DNA of 64,000 nt. Origin: Alphaproteobacteria bacterium. Lineage in GTDB: Bacteria; Pseudomonadota; Alphaproteobacteria; GCA-2731375. Within the stretch, counting starts at the first letter, position 1; every line of letters starts with the position of its first letter. Of the stretch, positions 39,103 to 49,023 are shown one piece after another. The notes under the pieces were generated by a model that saw only the letters and a list, made by a program, of their open reading frames with translations, was not told the DNA's origin and made no database searches. The position numbers and the translations under genes were made by a program. Location: assembly GCA_965232515.1 (NCBI GenBank), contig CBDDPY010000002.1, positions 1,184,001-1,248,000 of the forward strand. Direction: 5' to 3'.

Positions 39103-40428
39103 TCAGGCGCCGCGGCGGCCGGCCGGACGCGACGCGTCGCCGATATCGAGCTCGGTGCGCGGCCCGAGCAGCCATGTCAGCCAACCGACAATGCGTGCGC
39201 CAAGGCCGCGCAACCGCTGCCGGCGGGAGTGTCGCGTCAACGCCTTGACCAGGCGGACGTGGTCGACCGGCGACGTTCCTTCGGCAAAGACGGCCCGCAC
39301 CACATGCCCGTAGTCGTCGGGCGCCGGCATGTCCGTCAATGACAAGCCGGAGGCGTCGGCCCAGCGGCGCACCGCGGCGTAGATTTCGCGCGTCGCGTCG
39401 GCCCGCGCGCAGTCGCGGGCCAGCCGCCGGTCCGCCGGCGTCGGCAGCGCCAGCCAAAACGCTACGGCCCCCAGAACCGAGAAGGGAAACAGCACCAAGC
39501 CCAGCAGCGAGGCGGCCACCAGACCGTCGCGTTCATGCCGGTCCCGGGCGTCGTTCAACAACCGTTCAGCCACGGCCGCCCGGTCGACGGGCAGAGGCTC
39601 GATGCGCTTGCCCGATACCGCGACTTTCTTTCGCACGCGTTCGCGCGGATCCCAGTAGGCCAGGTTGACCGGGCTGATATAGGCGACGCCGTTCGTCTCG
39701 ATCTTCAGGTCCCAGGCCTGCGTGACGGTGGCGATGACGCCGTCGCGCGTCACCTCGGTCGTGGACGTCACGCCGACGTCCGCGACGGTGACACCGCGGG
39801 TCCGGCCATGCTCGATCGCCGGCATGCGCTCGGCGGTGACGGCAAAGGCCTTCACGGTGACCTCGCGCCGGACAATGTCGTGCACGCGCAGTTCTTCGAG
39901 CGGCTTCGACCAGGTCTCGCTGATCTCGATCCGATCGCTGACCAGCCACCAGGAATCGGCGTAGCTGTCGTCGATACCCAAAACGTCCAGGCGGAGGTCG
40001 GCGCTGCGGTCGGCAAACGGACGCTCATCGCCGGACCGGGGCGACACGGCGCCGCGCACTTCGACGCCCGGGATCTCGAGCGGACCGCTCTGGTTCGGAA
40101 AGATCGCCAGCGCGGTTTCGAAGACATAGCCATCGCCGGCATAGGAGCGCACGCGTTCGGTGCGCGGCCGCTGCAGGCGGATCACTTGCGCGTTGGGGAT
40201 CTCGGGCAGGGTGAGATCGAGCTCCTCGAACGGATAGCGCGAGGCGACCTGCACGCCCAGGACCAGCTGACCGTGCAGGTAGACGCCATCGACCACGGCG
40301 TCGGCCGGCCTCAGGGTCACGGTGAGCTGGGGAACCTCGGGCATGGTGAGCGCGCGTTCATTGTCCTGAGCCGCGGCCAGCGTCGGCGGCAGCGCGATCA
40401 GCAACGACATCAGCAGCCGGCGCATCAT
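39103..40428 (-). CDS. BatD-like protein
   Basis: Signal peptide, beta-rich repeats, C-terminal TM; last gene of the MoxR/VWA operon. Confidence 0.6.
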   Translation of the reverse strand: MMRRLLMSLLIALPPTLAAAQDNERALTMPEVPQLTVTLRPADAVVDGVYLHGQLVLGVQVASRYPFEELDLTLPEIPNAQVIRLQRPRTERVRSYAGDGYVFETALAIFPNQSGPLEIPGVEVRGAVSPRSGDERPFADRSADLRLDVLGIDDSYADSWWLVSDRIEISETWSKPLEELRVHDIVRREVTVKAFAVTAERMPAIEHGRTRGVTVADVGVTSTTEVTRDGVIATVTQAWDLKIETNGVAYISPVNLAYWDPRERVRKKVAVSGKRIEPLPVDRAAVAERLLNDARDRHERDGLVAASLLGLVLFPFSVLGAVAFWLALPTPADRRLARDCARADATREIYAAVRRWADASGLSLTDMPAPDDYGHVVRAVFAEGTSPVDHVRLVKALTRHSRRQRLRGLGARIVGWLTWLLGPRTELDIGDASRPAGRRGA

Positions 40429-41231
40429 TCCGTCCGGCTCGCCAGCAGGCGCTTGTAGGCGGCATAGAGGCGGGCCGCCAGGACCCGCGCCGGGTCGTCC
40501 TTGATTTCCCGCAGCAGGATCTCGGCGGCCTGCGCGCTCTCGCGCCGGACGGCGGCCGACTGCCCGCCGGACAGGCCCTCGACCTCGCGCGCCTCGGCGA
40601 CGGCACCTTGCGCCGGGCTGCCCTGCGGATCGTCTGACATGCGCTGTTCGCCCGGCTGCCCGGGCCGGTCGCTGCGCCCGCCTTCGCTGGTCGCCTGGTT
40701 CGCCTGTCGGGTCTGACCGTCCTGGGCCTTGCCCTGCTCGATCTCTTCGCTGTCGCCGGTTGACGGGTCCGGACGTTCGCGGTCGCCATCCCGCCAGCTT
40801 CCGAGCCTTCGTTCGGACCGGCTTTCGGCGAGCATCTGCTGCTCAAGGCTCTCGGCGCGCAGCACCAGATCGAGATTGAACTGCGCATCCTGGTGCGCGG
40901 GATCGAGCTGCAAGGCCTTGCGGTAGGCGGCTTTGGCGCCGTCCCATTCCTGCAGCCGGGCATAGGCATTGCCGGTGTTGTAGAGGGCCAGCACGCTCTC
41001 CTGCAAAAAGAACTCGCCGACCGCGCGCCGGTAGCGGCCGGCGCGATATTCGGCGACGCCCCGCCAGTGCGCGTCTTCGAACAGATGCACCGCCTCGTGC
41101 GGCCGGCCGTTCTGCAGCAGATCCATGGCGACGTCGAACGCCTCAGGCGGCCGATCCAGCCGCGGCAGCAAAACCGCAATCGCGGTGGCGAGCGCCAGCA
41201 GGACGGACAGAACGGCGAGCCGCACGATCAT
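40425..41231 (-). CDS. TPR protein (BatC-like)
   Basis: WRGVAEYRAGRY, YNTGNAYARL..YRKALQLDP..DAQFNL, LLREIKDDP. Confidence 0.75.
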   Translation of the reverse strand: MIVRLAVLSVLLALATAIAVLLPRLDRPPEAFDVAMDLLQNGRPHEAVHLFEDAHWRGVAEYRAGRYRRAVGEFFLQESVLALYNTGNAYARLQEWDGAKAAYRKALQLDPAHQDAQFNLDLVLRAESLEQQMLAESRSERRLGSWRDGDRERPDPSTGDSEEIEQGKAQDGQTRQANQATSEGGRSDRPGQPGEQRMSDDPQGSPAQGAVAEAREVEGLSGGQSAAVRRESAQAAEILLREIKDDPARVLAARLYAAYKRLLASRTE

Positions 41232-42088
41232 CGCGCCACCCGCCGGCGAAACAGGCCGAGCCACAACAGCATGGCGAGACCGATCAGCCATGGCGTGAGA
41301 TCGAGCCGCTGATCTTTCGTGCGCGTCCGTTTCAGCTCGTCGACCGCGTCGTTAAGCTCCGCGACGATCCGCGGCACGTCGGACAGACCGTCGAGGCTGG
41401 CGCCGCTGGCCGCGGCGTATTCCGTCCAGGCCGCCAGGCGATTGCCCGGCACCACGATGTCGCGCAGCGCCTGCATCGCCGGCGCGATCGGGCTGTTGCG
41501 CGGTGGCTCACCGCCGCTGACCAGGACGACCTGTCCGGCGACGATGCCGGCCGCCGTCAACACGGACTGCGCATGCGCCAATCCGAGGTTGAGCGCGCGG
41601 CCTGTCCGCGGCATCAGCTCCGGCTCGACGACCTGCAGGTAACGCAACAGATAGGCATGGTCGGTGGTCAGCGGGACAACATCGAATGCATCGGCGGCGA
41701 CGGCGACCAGCGCCGTCGGCACCTCGGGCGACTCCTCGATCAGTCGCTGCACGAACAGGCGTTCGTCCGTGACGTTGGCGGCGCCACTCAGATCCAGAAC
41801 GACGACGCGGCCGGTAAGGTTGCCGTAATCCGGCGCCTGCGCCGAATCCAGGGCCGGCCGCGCCAGGGCGACGACGAGAACCACCAGCACCGCGAGGCAG
41901 AGCGTCAGCTGCGGATTTCGTCCCTCGGCAATGCCCCGGCCGAGATAGGCGCGCAGCCGCGGCTCGACCACGCGCCGCCAATGGCCGGGCAGGGCGGCGA
42001 CCGCGACATCGCCGCGATGCCAGATCAGCACGCCGGCCGCAGTCAGCGGCAGCAGCAGCAACAGGGCGATCGGCAGTCCGAAGCTCAT
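41228..42088 (-). CDS. VWA domain membrane protein (BatB-like)
   Basis: ALARP, VVLDLSG, VPLTTD; degenerate MIDAS. Confidence 0.75.
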   Translation of the reverse strand: MSFGLPIALLLLLPLTAAGVLIWHRGDVAVAALPGHWRRVVEPRLRAYLGRGIAEGRNPQLTLCLAVLVVLVVALARPALDSAQAPDYGNLTGRVVVLDLSGAANVTDERLFVQRLIEESPEVPTALVAVAADAFDVVPLTTDHAYLLRYLQVVEPELMPRTGRALNLGLAHAQSVLTAAGIVAGQVVLVSGGEPPRNSPIAPAMQALRDIVVPGNRLAAWTEYAAASGASLDGLSDVPRIVAELNDAVDELKRTRTKDQRLDLTPWLIGLAMLLWLGLFRRRVAR

Positions 42089-43020
42089 GCGCCCACCTCC
42101 CGCCAGCCGACGAGGAGCAGCATGCCGAGCGCCAGCGTCAACGGCGCCCAGGTCCAATCGTCGATCAGGTGTGGCTGGTCGGCATCGACGGCCGTCGGCG
42201 CGATGCGGTCAATCTCGGCATAGACCTGCCCGAGCGTCTCTGGCGAGGTCGCGGCAAAATAGCGGCCGCCCGTGCGCTCGGCGACGTCGCGCATCGCGGC
42301 CGCGTTCTCCGCGTCGATGACGCCGGCAAAGCCGACGACGTGAACGCGGATATCGGTTTCGGCCGCCAGCGCCGCGGCGTCGAGCGCCGACAACGCACCG
42401 GTATTGGTTTCACCGTCGGACAGCACGACCAGCAGGCGGTCGGCGGGCGGCTCCTTGCGCAGGACCTGAACGGCCAGGCCGATAGCGCGGCCGAGATCGG
42501 TCTTGCGGCCGGGCAGGCCAATGGCGACCTCGTTCAACATACGGGCGACGGCACGGGTATCGAAGGTCAGCGGCGCAATCATGTAGGCGTCGCTGGCGAA
42601 GGTAATCAGACCCACACGGTCGCCGGTGCGGTCCTTGACGAAGGCGCCGAGCAGGTCGCGGACCACGTCGATGCGCTCGACCTTGTCGGCGCCGCGACGC
42701 ATGTCCGTGTTGGCCATGCTGGCCGACAGATCGACGGCGACGAGCAGATCGCGGCCCGTCGGCGACAGCAGCACATCACCGCGTATGTGCGGGCCGGCCA
42801 ATGCGACAACCAGGGCCAGCCAGCCGACGATGCGCGGGACGAGGCCGCGCGGCAGCGACACAAACGCACCGCCGCCGGTTCGGGAGACCGCCATCAGCCA
42901 ATGGCCGACGCCGGCCGGCACCCGCACCGCGGCCCGGGCCGGCAGCATCGGCAGCAGATACCAGGCAAGCAGCGGCAACGGCAGCAGGAGAAAGGCCCAG
43001 ATCCGCGCGAACTCGATCAT
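42085..43020 (-). CDS. VWA domain membrane protein (BatA-like)
   Basis: LLLPLP, AVDLSASM MIDAS, GDRVGLITF, PLTFD, LSDGE. Confidence 0.85.
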   Translation of the reverse strand: MIEFARIWAFLLLPLPLLAWYLLPMLPARAAVRVPAGVGHWLMAVSRTGGGAFVSLPRGLVPRIVGWLALVVALAGPHIRGDVLLSPTGRDLLVAVDLSASMANTDMRRGADKVERIDVVRDLLGAFVKDRTGDRVGLITFASDAYMIAPLTFDTRAVARMLNEVAIGLPGRKTDLGRAIGLAVQVLRKEPPADRLLVVLSDGETNTGALSALDAAALAAETDIRVHVVGFAGVIDAENAAAMRDVAERTGGRYFAATSPETLGQVYAEIDRIAPTAVDADQPHLIDDWTWAPLTLALGMLLLVGWREVGA

Positions 43021-43385
43021 TGCCGCAACGCCGCCCTCACGAACTGTTGCACCTTGGCGACGTCATCGGGTCCGACCCGCTCGACGGGGAGATAGACGCA
43101 GTCCGGCGGCGGACCGGCGCGCGACCGCCGGCTGGCCGCGGCGGCGAGCCTGATCAGGCGCGACCATCGTTCTGCGGAATTCGGCTCTCGCTCGACCTCC
43201 TCGAGACGGGCGCGGGCCTGCGCGCGCCATAGCCGCCGGCGGCGGTAGGCAATGATGACGGCGATCAGAACGAGAATGCCGACGACGACGAACGGCTCGA
43301 AGGCGATGTCGAACCGCGCAACGTCCTGGGGCGGCACGGGCAGGTGGATGTCGCGCAGGTCCTTCAGAAGTTCCTCGGGCGTCAC
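43017..43385 (-). CDS. DUF4381-like small membrane protein
   Basis: LRDIHLP motif, TM, RRRRLWR. Confidence 0.75.
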   Translation of the reverse strand: MTPEELLKDLRDIHLPVPPQDVARFDIAFEPFVVVGILVLIAVIIAYRRRRLWRAQARARLEEVEREPNSAERWSRLIRLAAAASRRSRAGPPPDCVYLPVERVGPDDVAKVQQFVRAALRQ

Positions 43386-44284
43386 GGCCGTCGTTCCCGT
43401 GGCAGGATGTCGAGCGCGTCTTCGACGAACCAACCGCAATTCTGCAATCTACGCCGGCGCTCCTGTCGCAGGCGCGCGATCGTGTCGCGCGTCATCTCGG
43501 ATCCATCGGCGCGGACAACGGCGGTGTCGCGCCGGCGGCGCGCGGCGTTGCGCAACGGATAGCGGCCAGAGGGAATGGCGTCGCGAAACATCGCATCCTC
43601 GACCACGATCGCGCGCAAGGTGCGGCGTTCGGCCAGCACGGCGGAGCGTTTCTCGAACACCGGGTCGATCGTGCCGAAGTCGCTGATCAGACAGATCTCG
43701 TCCCGCTCGCGCAACAGCGGCGACACGCGTTCCAAAACGATCGGCAAGTCCGGATCGTCGGCGCCGTCCCGGACGGCCGCGTAATGCGCCTGCAATCGTT
43801 CCAGCAGCCGCATGACATGTTGACGACCGCGGCGTGGCGCCAGAACGGTCGCATCGGCGCCGGCGACGAGGCCGACGGGTTCCTGCGTCGCGAAGGCTTC
43901 CCAGGACAACCGCGCCGCCACCAGCGCGGCCGTCTTGGCCATCAGCCGATCGCGGGTGCCGAAATAGAGGGCCGGGTGGAGGTCGACGACCAGCATGCGG
44001 GCCCGATGCGATTCAGCGGCAAAGCGCCGCATCTGCACGCTACCGCTGCGCGCGGTCGCCAGCCAATGGATCCAGCGCACGTCGTCGCCGGTCTGATAGG
44101 GACTGATGCCGTCGAAGTCGAGCGTCTGCGCCCAGCCGCGCCCGGTGCGCTCGCCGCTGCCAAATCGCGTGCCGGCGCCGCCGGGCCGGCGGGTATGACG
44201 CGGCTGGACGGCGACCAGCTCGGCCAGATCGAGGCCGATGGCCTGCGCTTCCAGGGTTCGGTCGGGACGCCGCTCAAACCACAC
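43382..44284 (-). CDS. DUF58 domain protein
   Basis: YQTGDDVRWIHWLATAR, ISDF. Confidence 0.85.
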   Translation of the reverse strand: MWFERRPDRTLEAQAIGLDLAELVAVQPRHTRRPGGAGTRFGSGERTGRGWAQTLDFDGISPYQTGDDVRWIHWLATARSGSVQMRRFAAESHRARMLVVDLHPALYFGTRDRLMAKTAALVAARLSWEAFATQEPVGLVAGADATVLAPRRGRQHVMRLLERLQAHYAAVRDGADDPDLPIVLERVSPLLRERDEICLISDFGTIDPVFEKRSAVLAERRTLRAIVVEDAMFRDAIPSGRYPLRNAARRRRDTAVVRADGSEMTRDTIARLRQERRRRLQNCGWFVEDALDILPRERRP

Positions 44285-45275
44285 GAACCTGATCCAGTAG
44301 CGCGCCGATGATGGAACCGGGTGGAACGCCGTCGGCCTCGGCCCGATAGTTCAGGCCAATGCGATGCCGCAGCACCGGCGGCGCCAGGGATTCGACATCC
44401 TCGGGCAGGACATGATCTCGGCCGGCGAGCCAGGCCCGGGCCTGGGCCGCGCGGACCAGCATGATGGAGCCGCGCGGCGAGATGGGATGCGACAGATGCT
44501 CAGCCACACCGTCGAGCGGCGCGGGTTCGCCGCGAGTGCCGGCGACCAGGCGCACGACGAAATCCTTGATCAGCTCGGAGGCATGCACGCGGACGACGGC
44601 GCGCCGGGCGGCGTGGACGTCGGCCTTCGACACCAGATCGGCCACGGCGCCATCGTCTTCGTCAAGAACCTCGCCCATGACCAGATCGAGGATCTCGCGC
44701 TCGACCGTCATGGCGGGATAGTCCATCTCCACATGCACGAAGAAACGGTCGAGCTGGGCCTGCGGGAGGTCCCAAGTGCCGTCATGCTCGATGGGGTTCT
44801 GGGTCGCGATGACGAAAAACGGCTGCTCGAGCGGATGGCTGGTGTCGCCGACCGTGATCTGGCGCTCCTCCATGGCCTCCAGCAGCGCCGACTGCACCTT
44901 GGCCGGGGCCCGGTTGATCTCGTCGGCGAGGATGAAGTTGGCAAACAGCGGCCCGCGCTGGAATTCGAAGCGATGCTCGTGCGGATGGTAGATCGGCGCG
45001 CCGGTCAGATCGCTCGGCAGCAGGTCCGGCGTGAACTGGATACGGTTGAAGCTGCCCTCGATGGCGTGGGCGAGCACTCGCGCGAGCCGCGTCTTGGCGA
45101 GGCCCGGCGCGCCCTCCAACAACACGTGCCCGTCTCCCAGCAGGGCGACGAGAAGATGCTCGGCGGCATCGTTCTGACCGACCACCGAAGCGCGCAGCCG
45201 GTCGCGCAAACCGGCAAACCGCCGCCAGACCGGTTGCGCTTCAATGGCTTCGTTCTCGACCAGCACGCCGTCCAT
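44274..45275 (-). CDS. moxR: MoxR family AAA+ ATPase
   Basis: LEGAPGLAKT, RIQFTPDLLPSD, LADEINRAPAKVQSALLEAM, ATQNPIE, AQLDRF. Confidence 0.93.
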   Translation of the reverse strand: MDGVLVENEAIEAQPVWRRFAGLRDRLRASVVGQNDAAEHLLVALLGDGHVLLEGAPGLAKTRLARVLAHAIEGSFNRIQFTPDLLPSDLTGAPIYHPHEHRFEFQRGPLFANFILADEINRAPAKVQSALLEAMEERQITVGDTSHPLEQPFFVIATQNPIEHDGTWDLPQAQLDRFFVHVEMDYPAMTVEREILDLVMGEVLDEDDGAVADLVSKADVHAARRAVVRVHASELIKDFVVRLVAGTRGEPAPLDGVAEHLSHPISPRGSIMLVRAAQARAWLAGRDHVLPEDVESLAPPVLRHRIGLNYRAEADGVPPGSIIGALLDQVRVV

Positions 45276-45390
45276 CAAATTGCCACCTTTCGAGAAAAAG
45301 CAGCGTAACGATATCGCCCGATCCCGGTTCGCGCCAGCGCTGTTGTGTGACGCGAGCCCGGACCGGGCAAAGCCGAGAAAAGCACTTGGC

Positions 45391-45414
45391 AAATTAATAC
45401 AACTGTATTAATTT
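45391..45414. promoter_or_regulatory. Palindromic operator, probable TetR site
   Basis: AAATTAATACA-AC-TGTATTAATTT, perfect 11-bp arms between divergent moxR and tetR. Confidence 0.7.
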
Positions 45415-45436
45415 CTGCCGGTACAAGGTCGGATCA

Positions 45437-46255
45437 ATGCAACGACCGGGCACGGGAGGCGGCGTGGACACGCGCGAGAAGTTCCTGCTGACGGCGGAAC
45501 GACTGTTCGGAGAACGCGGGATCAACGGCGTCTCGCTGCGCGAGATCAGCCGCGCCGTCGGGCAGCGCAATCCCTCGGCGCTGCAATACCATTTCGGCAG
45601 CCGCGACGCGCTGATCGAGGCGATCCTGGCCAAGCGCATGGGCGTGCTCGACAAGCAGCGGCACGCTTTCCTCGAGGATCTGGCACGCAATGACGGCAAG
45701 GTCAACGTTCGCAACATCGTCCGTGCCATCAAGCAGCCGCTGATCGATCTGCTGCAGGCCGAGGATGGCCCGGTGCAATACCTGCACTTCCTGGTCGAGG
45801 TGTATCTGAACGACGAGATCGACGTGAACGAGCTGGTGTCGGACAAGTATGACGCCGGCCTGCGCCTGGGCTACCGCCTGTATCGGCAGGCCTTGCCGGA
45901 TCTGCCCGAACCGATCGCACGCCAGCGCTATCGCTGGCTCGTACGCTCCGGTCCGTTTCTGTTCGCCGACCTGCACGGAACGATCAAGCGGCGACGCAAG
46001 ACGGGCCGGCCCTTCGATATCGAGCGGGCGCTCGAAAGCACCATCGACATGCTGGTCGGCGCGCTGACCGCGCCGGTCTCCAACGAAACGAAAACGCGGC
46101 TCGCCGCCTCGACGCGGAACGAGCAACGGGAGGAGGACCCCAATGAGCGAGAACGAGATCCAGGTGAAGCCGGTCGCCGGCGCACTCGGCGCGGAAATCC
46201 GGGGCGTCGACATGGCACGGCCGCTCGGCAACCAGACCTTCAAGGAGATTCATGA
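45437..46255 (+). CDS. TetR/AcrR family regulator
   Basis: TREKFLLTAERLFGERG..VSLREI..ALQYHFGSRDAL HTH; 3' end overlaps tauD. Confidence 0.85.
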   Translation: MQRPGTGGGVDTREKFLLTAERLFGERGINGVSLREISRAVGQRNPSALQYHFGSRDALIEAILAKRMGVLDKQRHAFLEDLARNDGKVNVRNIVRAIKQPLIDLLQAEDGPVQYLHFLVEVYLNDEIDVNELVSDKYDAGLRLGYRLYRQALPDLPEPIARQRYRWLVRSGPFLFADLHGTIKRRRKTGRPFDIERALESTIDMLVGALTAPVSNETKTRLAASTRNEQREEDPNERERDPGEAGRRRTRRGNPGRRHGTAARQPDLQGDS

Positions 46256-46991
46256 TGCGCTGATGGCGCATCAGGTGATCTTCTTCCGCGACCAGGAGAT
46301 CACGCCGGCCGAGCACGTCGCCTTCGCGCGCCAGTTCGGCGAACTTCACATCCATCCCTACGCGCCGAGCCTCGAAGACCAGCCCGAGGTGTTGATCCTG
46401 AAGAGCAGCAAGGCGAACCGCTCGGCCGCCAATGCCTGGCATTCCGACGTGACGTTCCAGGAGAAGCCGCCGCTGGGCTCTATCCTGCTGGCGCGCGAGG
46501 TGCCGGATCATGGCGGTGACACCATGTGGGCCGACATGTACGCCGCCTACGAGACGCTGTCGGCGCCGATGAAGCGCTATCTCGACGGCATGACGGCGAT
46601 CCATACCGCCGGCCGGGCCAGCTTCGAGAAGGCCTACGACGATCAGATCGACGATGACCGCAAGCGGGAGATCCGCAGCCAGCGCCTGGCCGAGCCGGCC
46701 GTCGAGCATCCGGTCGTGCGCACGCATCCAGTGACCGGTCGCAAGGCGCTGTTCGTCAACTCGATCTTCACCCAGCGGCTGAGGGGCGTGCCGCGCAAGG
46801 AATCGCAGGCCGTGCTCGACTATCTGTTCGAACATCTGCGCACGCTCGAATTCACCTGCCGCTTTCGCTGGGAACCGGGGTCGGTGGCGTTCTGGGACAA
46901 CCGCTGCACCCAGCACTACGCCATTGCCGACTATGGCGACGCCACCCGAATCATGCATCGCGTCACCGTGAACGGCGACCGGCCCGTGTAG
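46143..46991 (+). CDS. tauD: TauD/TfdA family 2-oxoglutarate/Fe(II) dioxygenase
   Basis: LGAEIRGVD, WHSDVTF, HPVVRTHPVTGRKALFVN, FWDNRCTQHYA. Confidence 0.88.
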   Translation: MSENEIQVKPVAGALGAEIRGVDMARPLGNQTFKEIHDALMAHQVIFFRDQEITPAEHVAFARQFGELHIHPYAPSLEDQPEVLILKSSKANRSAANAWHSDVTFQEKPPLGSILLAREVPDHGGDTMWADMYAAYETLSAPMKRYLDGMTAIHTAGRASFEKAYDDQIDDDRKREIRSQRLAEPAVEHPVVRTHPVTGRKALFVNSIFTQRLRGVPRKESQAVLDYLFEHLRTLEFTCRFRWEPGSVAFWDNRCTQHYAIADYGDATRIMHRVTVNGDRPV

Positions 46992-47002
46992 GGCCGGCAC
47001 CC

Positions 47003-48964
47003 ATGGCGAACGGCACGCACGCCGGCGGACGCTTCGCCTCGGCGATCCACGGCATCGGGCTGACGATCGCCGCCGCGCTGGCGCTGCATGCCATCTACGT
47101 GGCGCTCGAAGGCCAATACACCCGGCCGGAGCTGATCCGGGCGGCCGTGCTGCTGGTCTGCGCCGTCATCGTCGTCGCCACCTCGCCGCTGGCGGGACGG
47201 CTGCCGGCCGCGTTCGACTCGCCGGCCGGGCGGACGTTGGCCTGGCTGATCGACGCCGCGATGCTGGGCGTGCTGGCCTTCGCCTGCTGGAACTTCGTCG
47301 CCAAGCTCGACGACATGGAGAACCTGGTCGTCAGCTTCAGCACCTGGGATCAGGTCTCGGCGCTGCTGGCGATCCTGGTGCTGCTGGAGCTGACGCGGCG
47401 CGCCTTCGGCCCGATCCTGGCGTCCGTCGGCGTGATCGCGCTGGTCTATTGCCTGTTCGGCGCCGACCTGCCGTGGATCTTCCGCCATTCCGGTTTCAGC
47501 CTCGAGCTGTCCATGGAGATCATCTGGTTCGGGCTGCGGGGCGTGTTCGGATTCGCCACCGGCATCGTCGTGCTGCTGATCCTGGTGTTCATCGTGTTCG
47601 GCGCGCTGCTGGAGGGCACAGGGGCCGGCGCCGTGATGATCCGCATGGCGCTGGCGGCCACCGGCCGCACGCGCGGCGGTCCGGCGCACGCGGCGATCAT
47701 CGCGTCCAGCGTCTTCGGCATGTCGTCGGGCAGCGTCACGGCCAATGTCGTCGGCACCGGCGTCGTCACCATTCCGCTGATCAAGCGCAAAGGCTTCAAG
47801 GGACCGTTCGCCGGCGCCGTCGAGGCCGCGGCGTCAACTGGCGGGCAGTTGATGCCGCCGGTGATGGGCGCGGCGGCATTTCTGATGACGCAACTCGCCG
47901 GCCAGCCCTATCAACTGATCGCGCTCGCCGCCCTGGTGCCGGCGCTGTTCTATTACGGCAGCCTGTTTGTCGCCGTCGGGCAGGAAGCGCGGCGCCTCGG
48001 GATCGAACCGACGCCGCCCGACAAGCGGCAGAAGCTGGAGCCGGGCGACAAGCTGAAGTCACTGATGTTCTTTCTGCCGGTCGCCGCGATCATCACCGTC
48101 CTGGCGCTGGGCCGGTCGCCCTCAATGGCCGGGTTCTGGGCCTGCATTGTCACGATCGTTTCGGCCTTCGCCCTGAATCCGGCCCTGCGCGAAGACCCGA
48201 TGATGCTGTTGAAGGCACTGGCCAAAGGCGGTGTCGCCGGCGCACGCATCATGATGGCGGTGGGCGCGATCGGCGTGCTGATCGCAGTCTTCGAGTTGAC
48301 CGGCCTCGGCCTCAAGTTCGCGACGCAGGTGGCGCTGATCGGCGAGACCACCTTGTTCATGGCGCTGGTCCTGGCCGCGGCGTCCTGCCTGGTCCTGGGC
48401 ATGGGCATGCCGACGCTGCCGGCCTACCTGATCATCGTGCTGGTGCTGGGCCTCGGCATGAAGAAGCTCGGACTGCCGGACCTCGCGATCCACATGTTCG
48501 TGTTCTATTTCGGCGTCCTGTCGGCGATCACGCCACCGGTCGCGCTGGCGGCGGTGGCCGCCGCGCCAATTGCCGGCGCCGAACCGGTGCGAACCGGCCT
48601 CGCCGCCCTGCGTCTGTCGATGGTCGGCTTCATCGTGCCGTTCGTCTTCGTTTACGAACCAAGCCTGCTGCTGGTCGTCGACGGCTTCACTTGGCAGGCC
48701 TTCATCTGGATCGCGCTGCGGCTGGCGTTCGCGGTCTGGCTGCTGACCTCGGCGGCCAGCGGATACGAGCTGCACAAACTGGCAGCATGGTCACGGCTGG
48801 CCCGTTTCAGCGCCGGCATCGCGATTCTGGTCCCCGTTGCGCCGGTGCATTTGGCGGCGGTCGGCGTCGGCATCGCCGTGATCCTGGTCGACCGTGCCAT
48901 CGCCCGCCGCAATCGGCAGGCCGGCGGCACGAACGAGGTCTTGGAGGAGAAGGCGGCATCGTGA
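47003..48964 (+). CDS. TRAP transporter fused 4TM/12TM permease
   Basis: GGPAHAAI, SGSVTANVVGTG, AASTGGQLMPPVMGAAAF, GMGMPT, TPPVALAA. Confidence 0.92.
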   Translation: MANGTHAGGRFASAIHGIGLTIAAALALHAIYVALEGQYTRPELIRAAVLLVCAVIVVATSPLAGRLPAAFDSPAGRTLAWLIDAAMLGVLAFACWNFVAKLDDMENLVVSFSTWDQVSALLAILVLLELTRRAFGPILASVGVIALVYCLFGADLPWIFRHSGFSLELSMEIIWFGLRGVFGFATGIVVLLILVFIVFGALLEGTGAGAVMIRMALAATGRTRGGPAHAAIIASSVFGMSSGSVTANVVGTGVVTIPLIKRKGFKGPFAGAVEAAASTGGQLMPPVMGAAAFLMTQLAGQPYQLIALAALVPALFYYGSLFVAVGQEARRLGIEPTPPDKRQKLEPGDKLKSLMFFLPVAAIITVLALGRSPSMAGFWACIVTIVSAFALNPALREDPMMLLKALAKGGVAGARIMMAVGAIGVLIAVFELTGLGLKFATQVALIGETTLFMALVLAAASCLVLGMGMPTLPAYLIIVLVLGLGMKKLGLPDLAIHMFVFYFGVLSAITPPVALAAVAAAPIAGAEPVRTGLAALRLSMVGFIVPFVFVYEPSLLLVVDGFTWQAFIWIALRLAFAVWLLTSAASGYELHKLAAWSRLARFSAGIAILVPVAPVHLAAVGVGIAVILVDRAIARRNRQAGGTNEVLEEKAAS

Positions 48965-49023
48965 CATCGGGCCGCGGATCTACGCGTCAGGGCAAAGAAC
49001 CAATGATGGGAGGTAAACGGACA

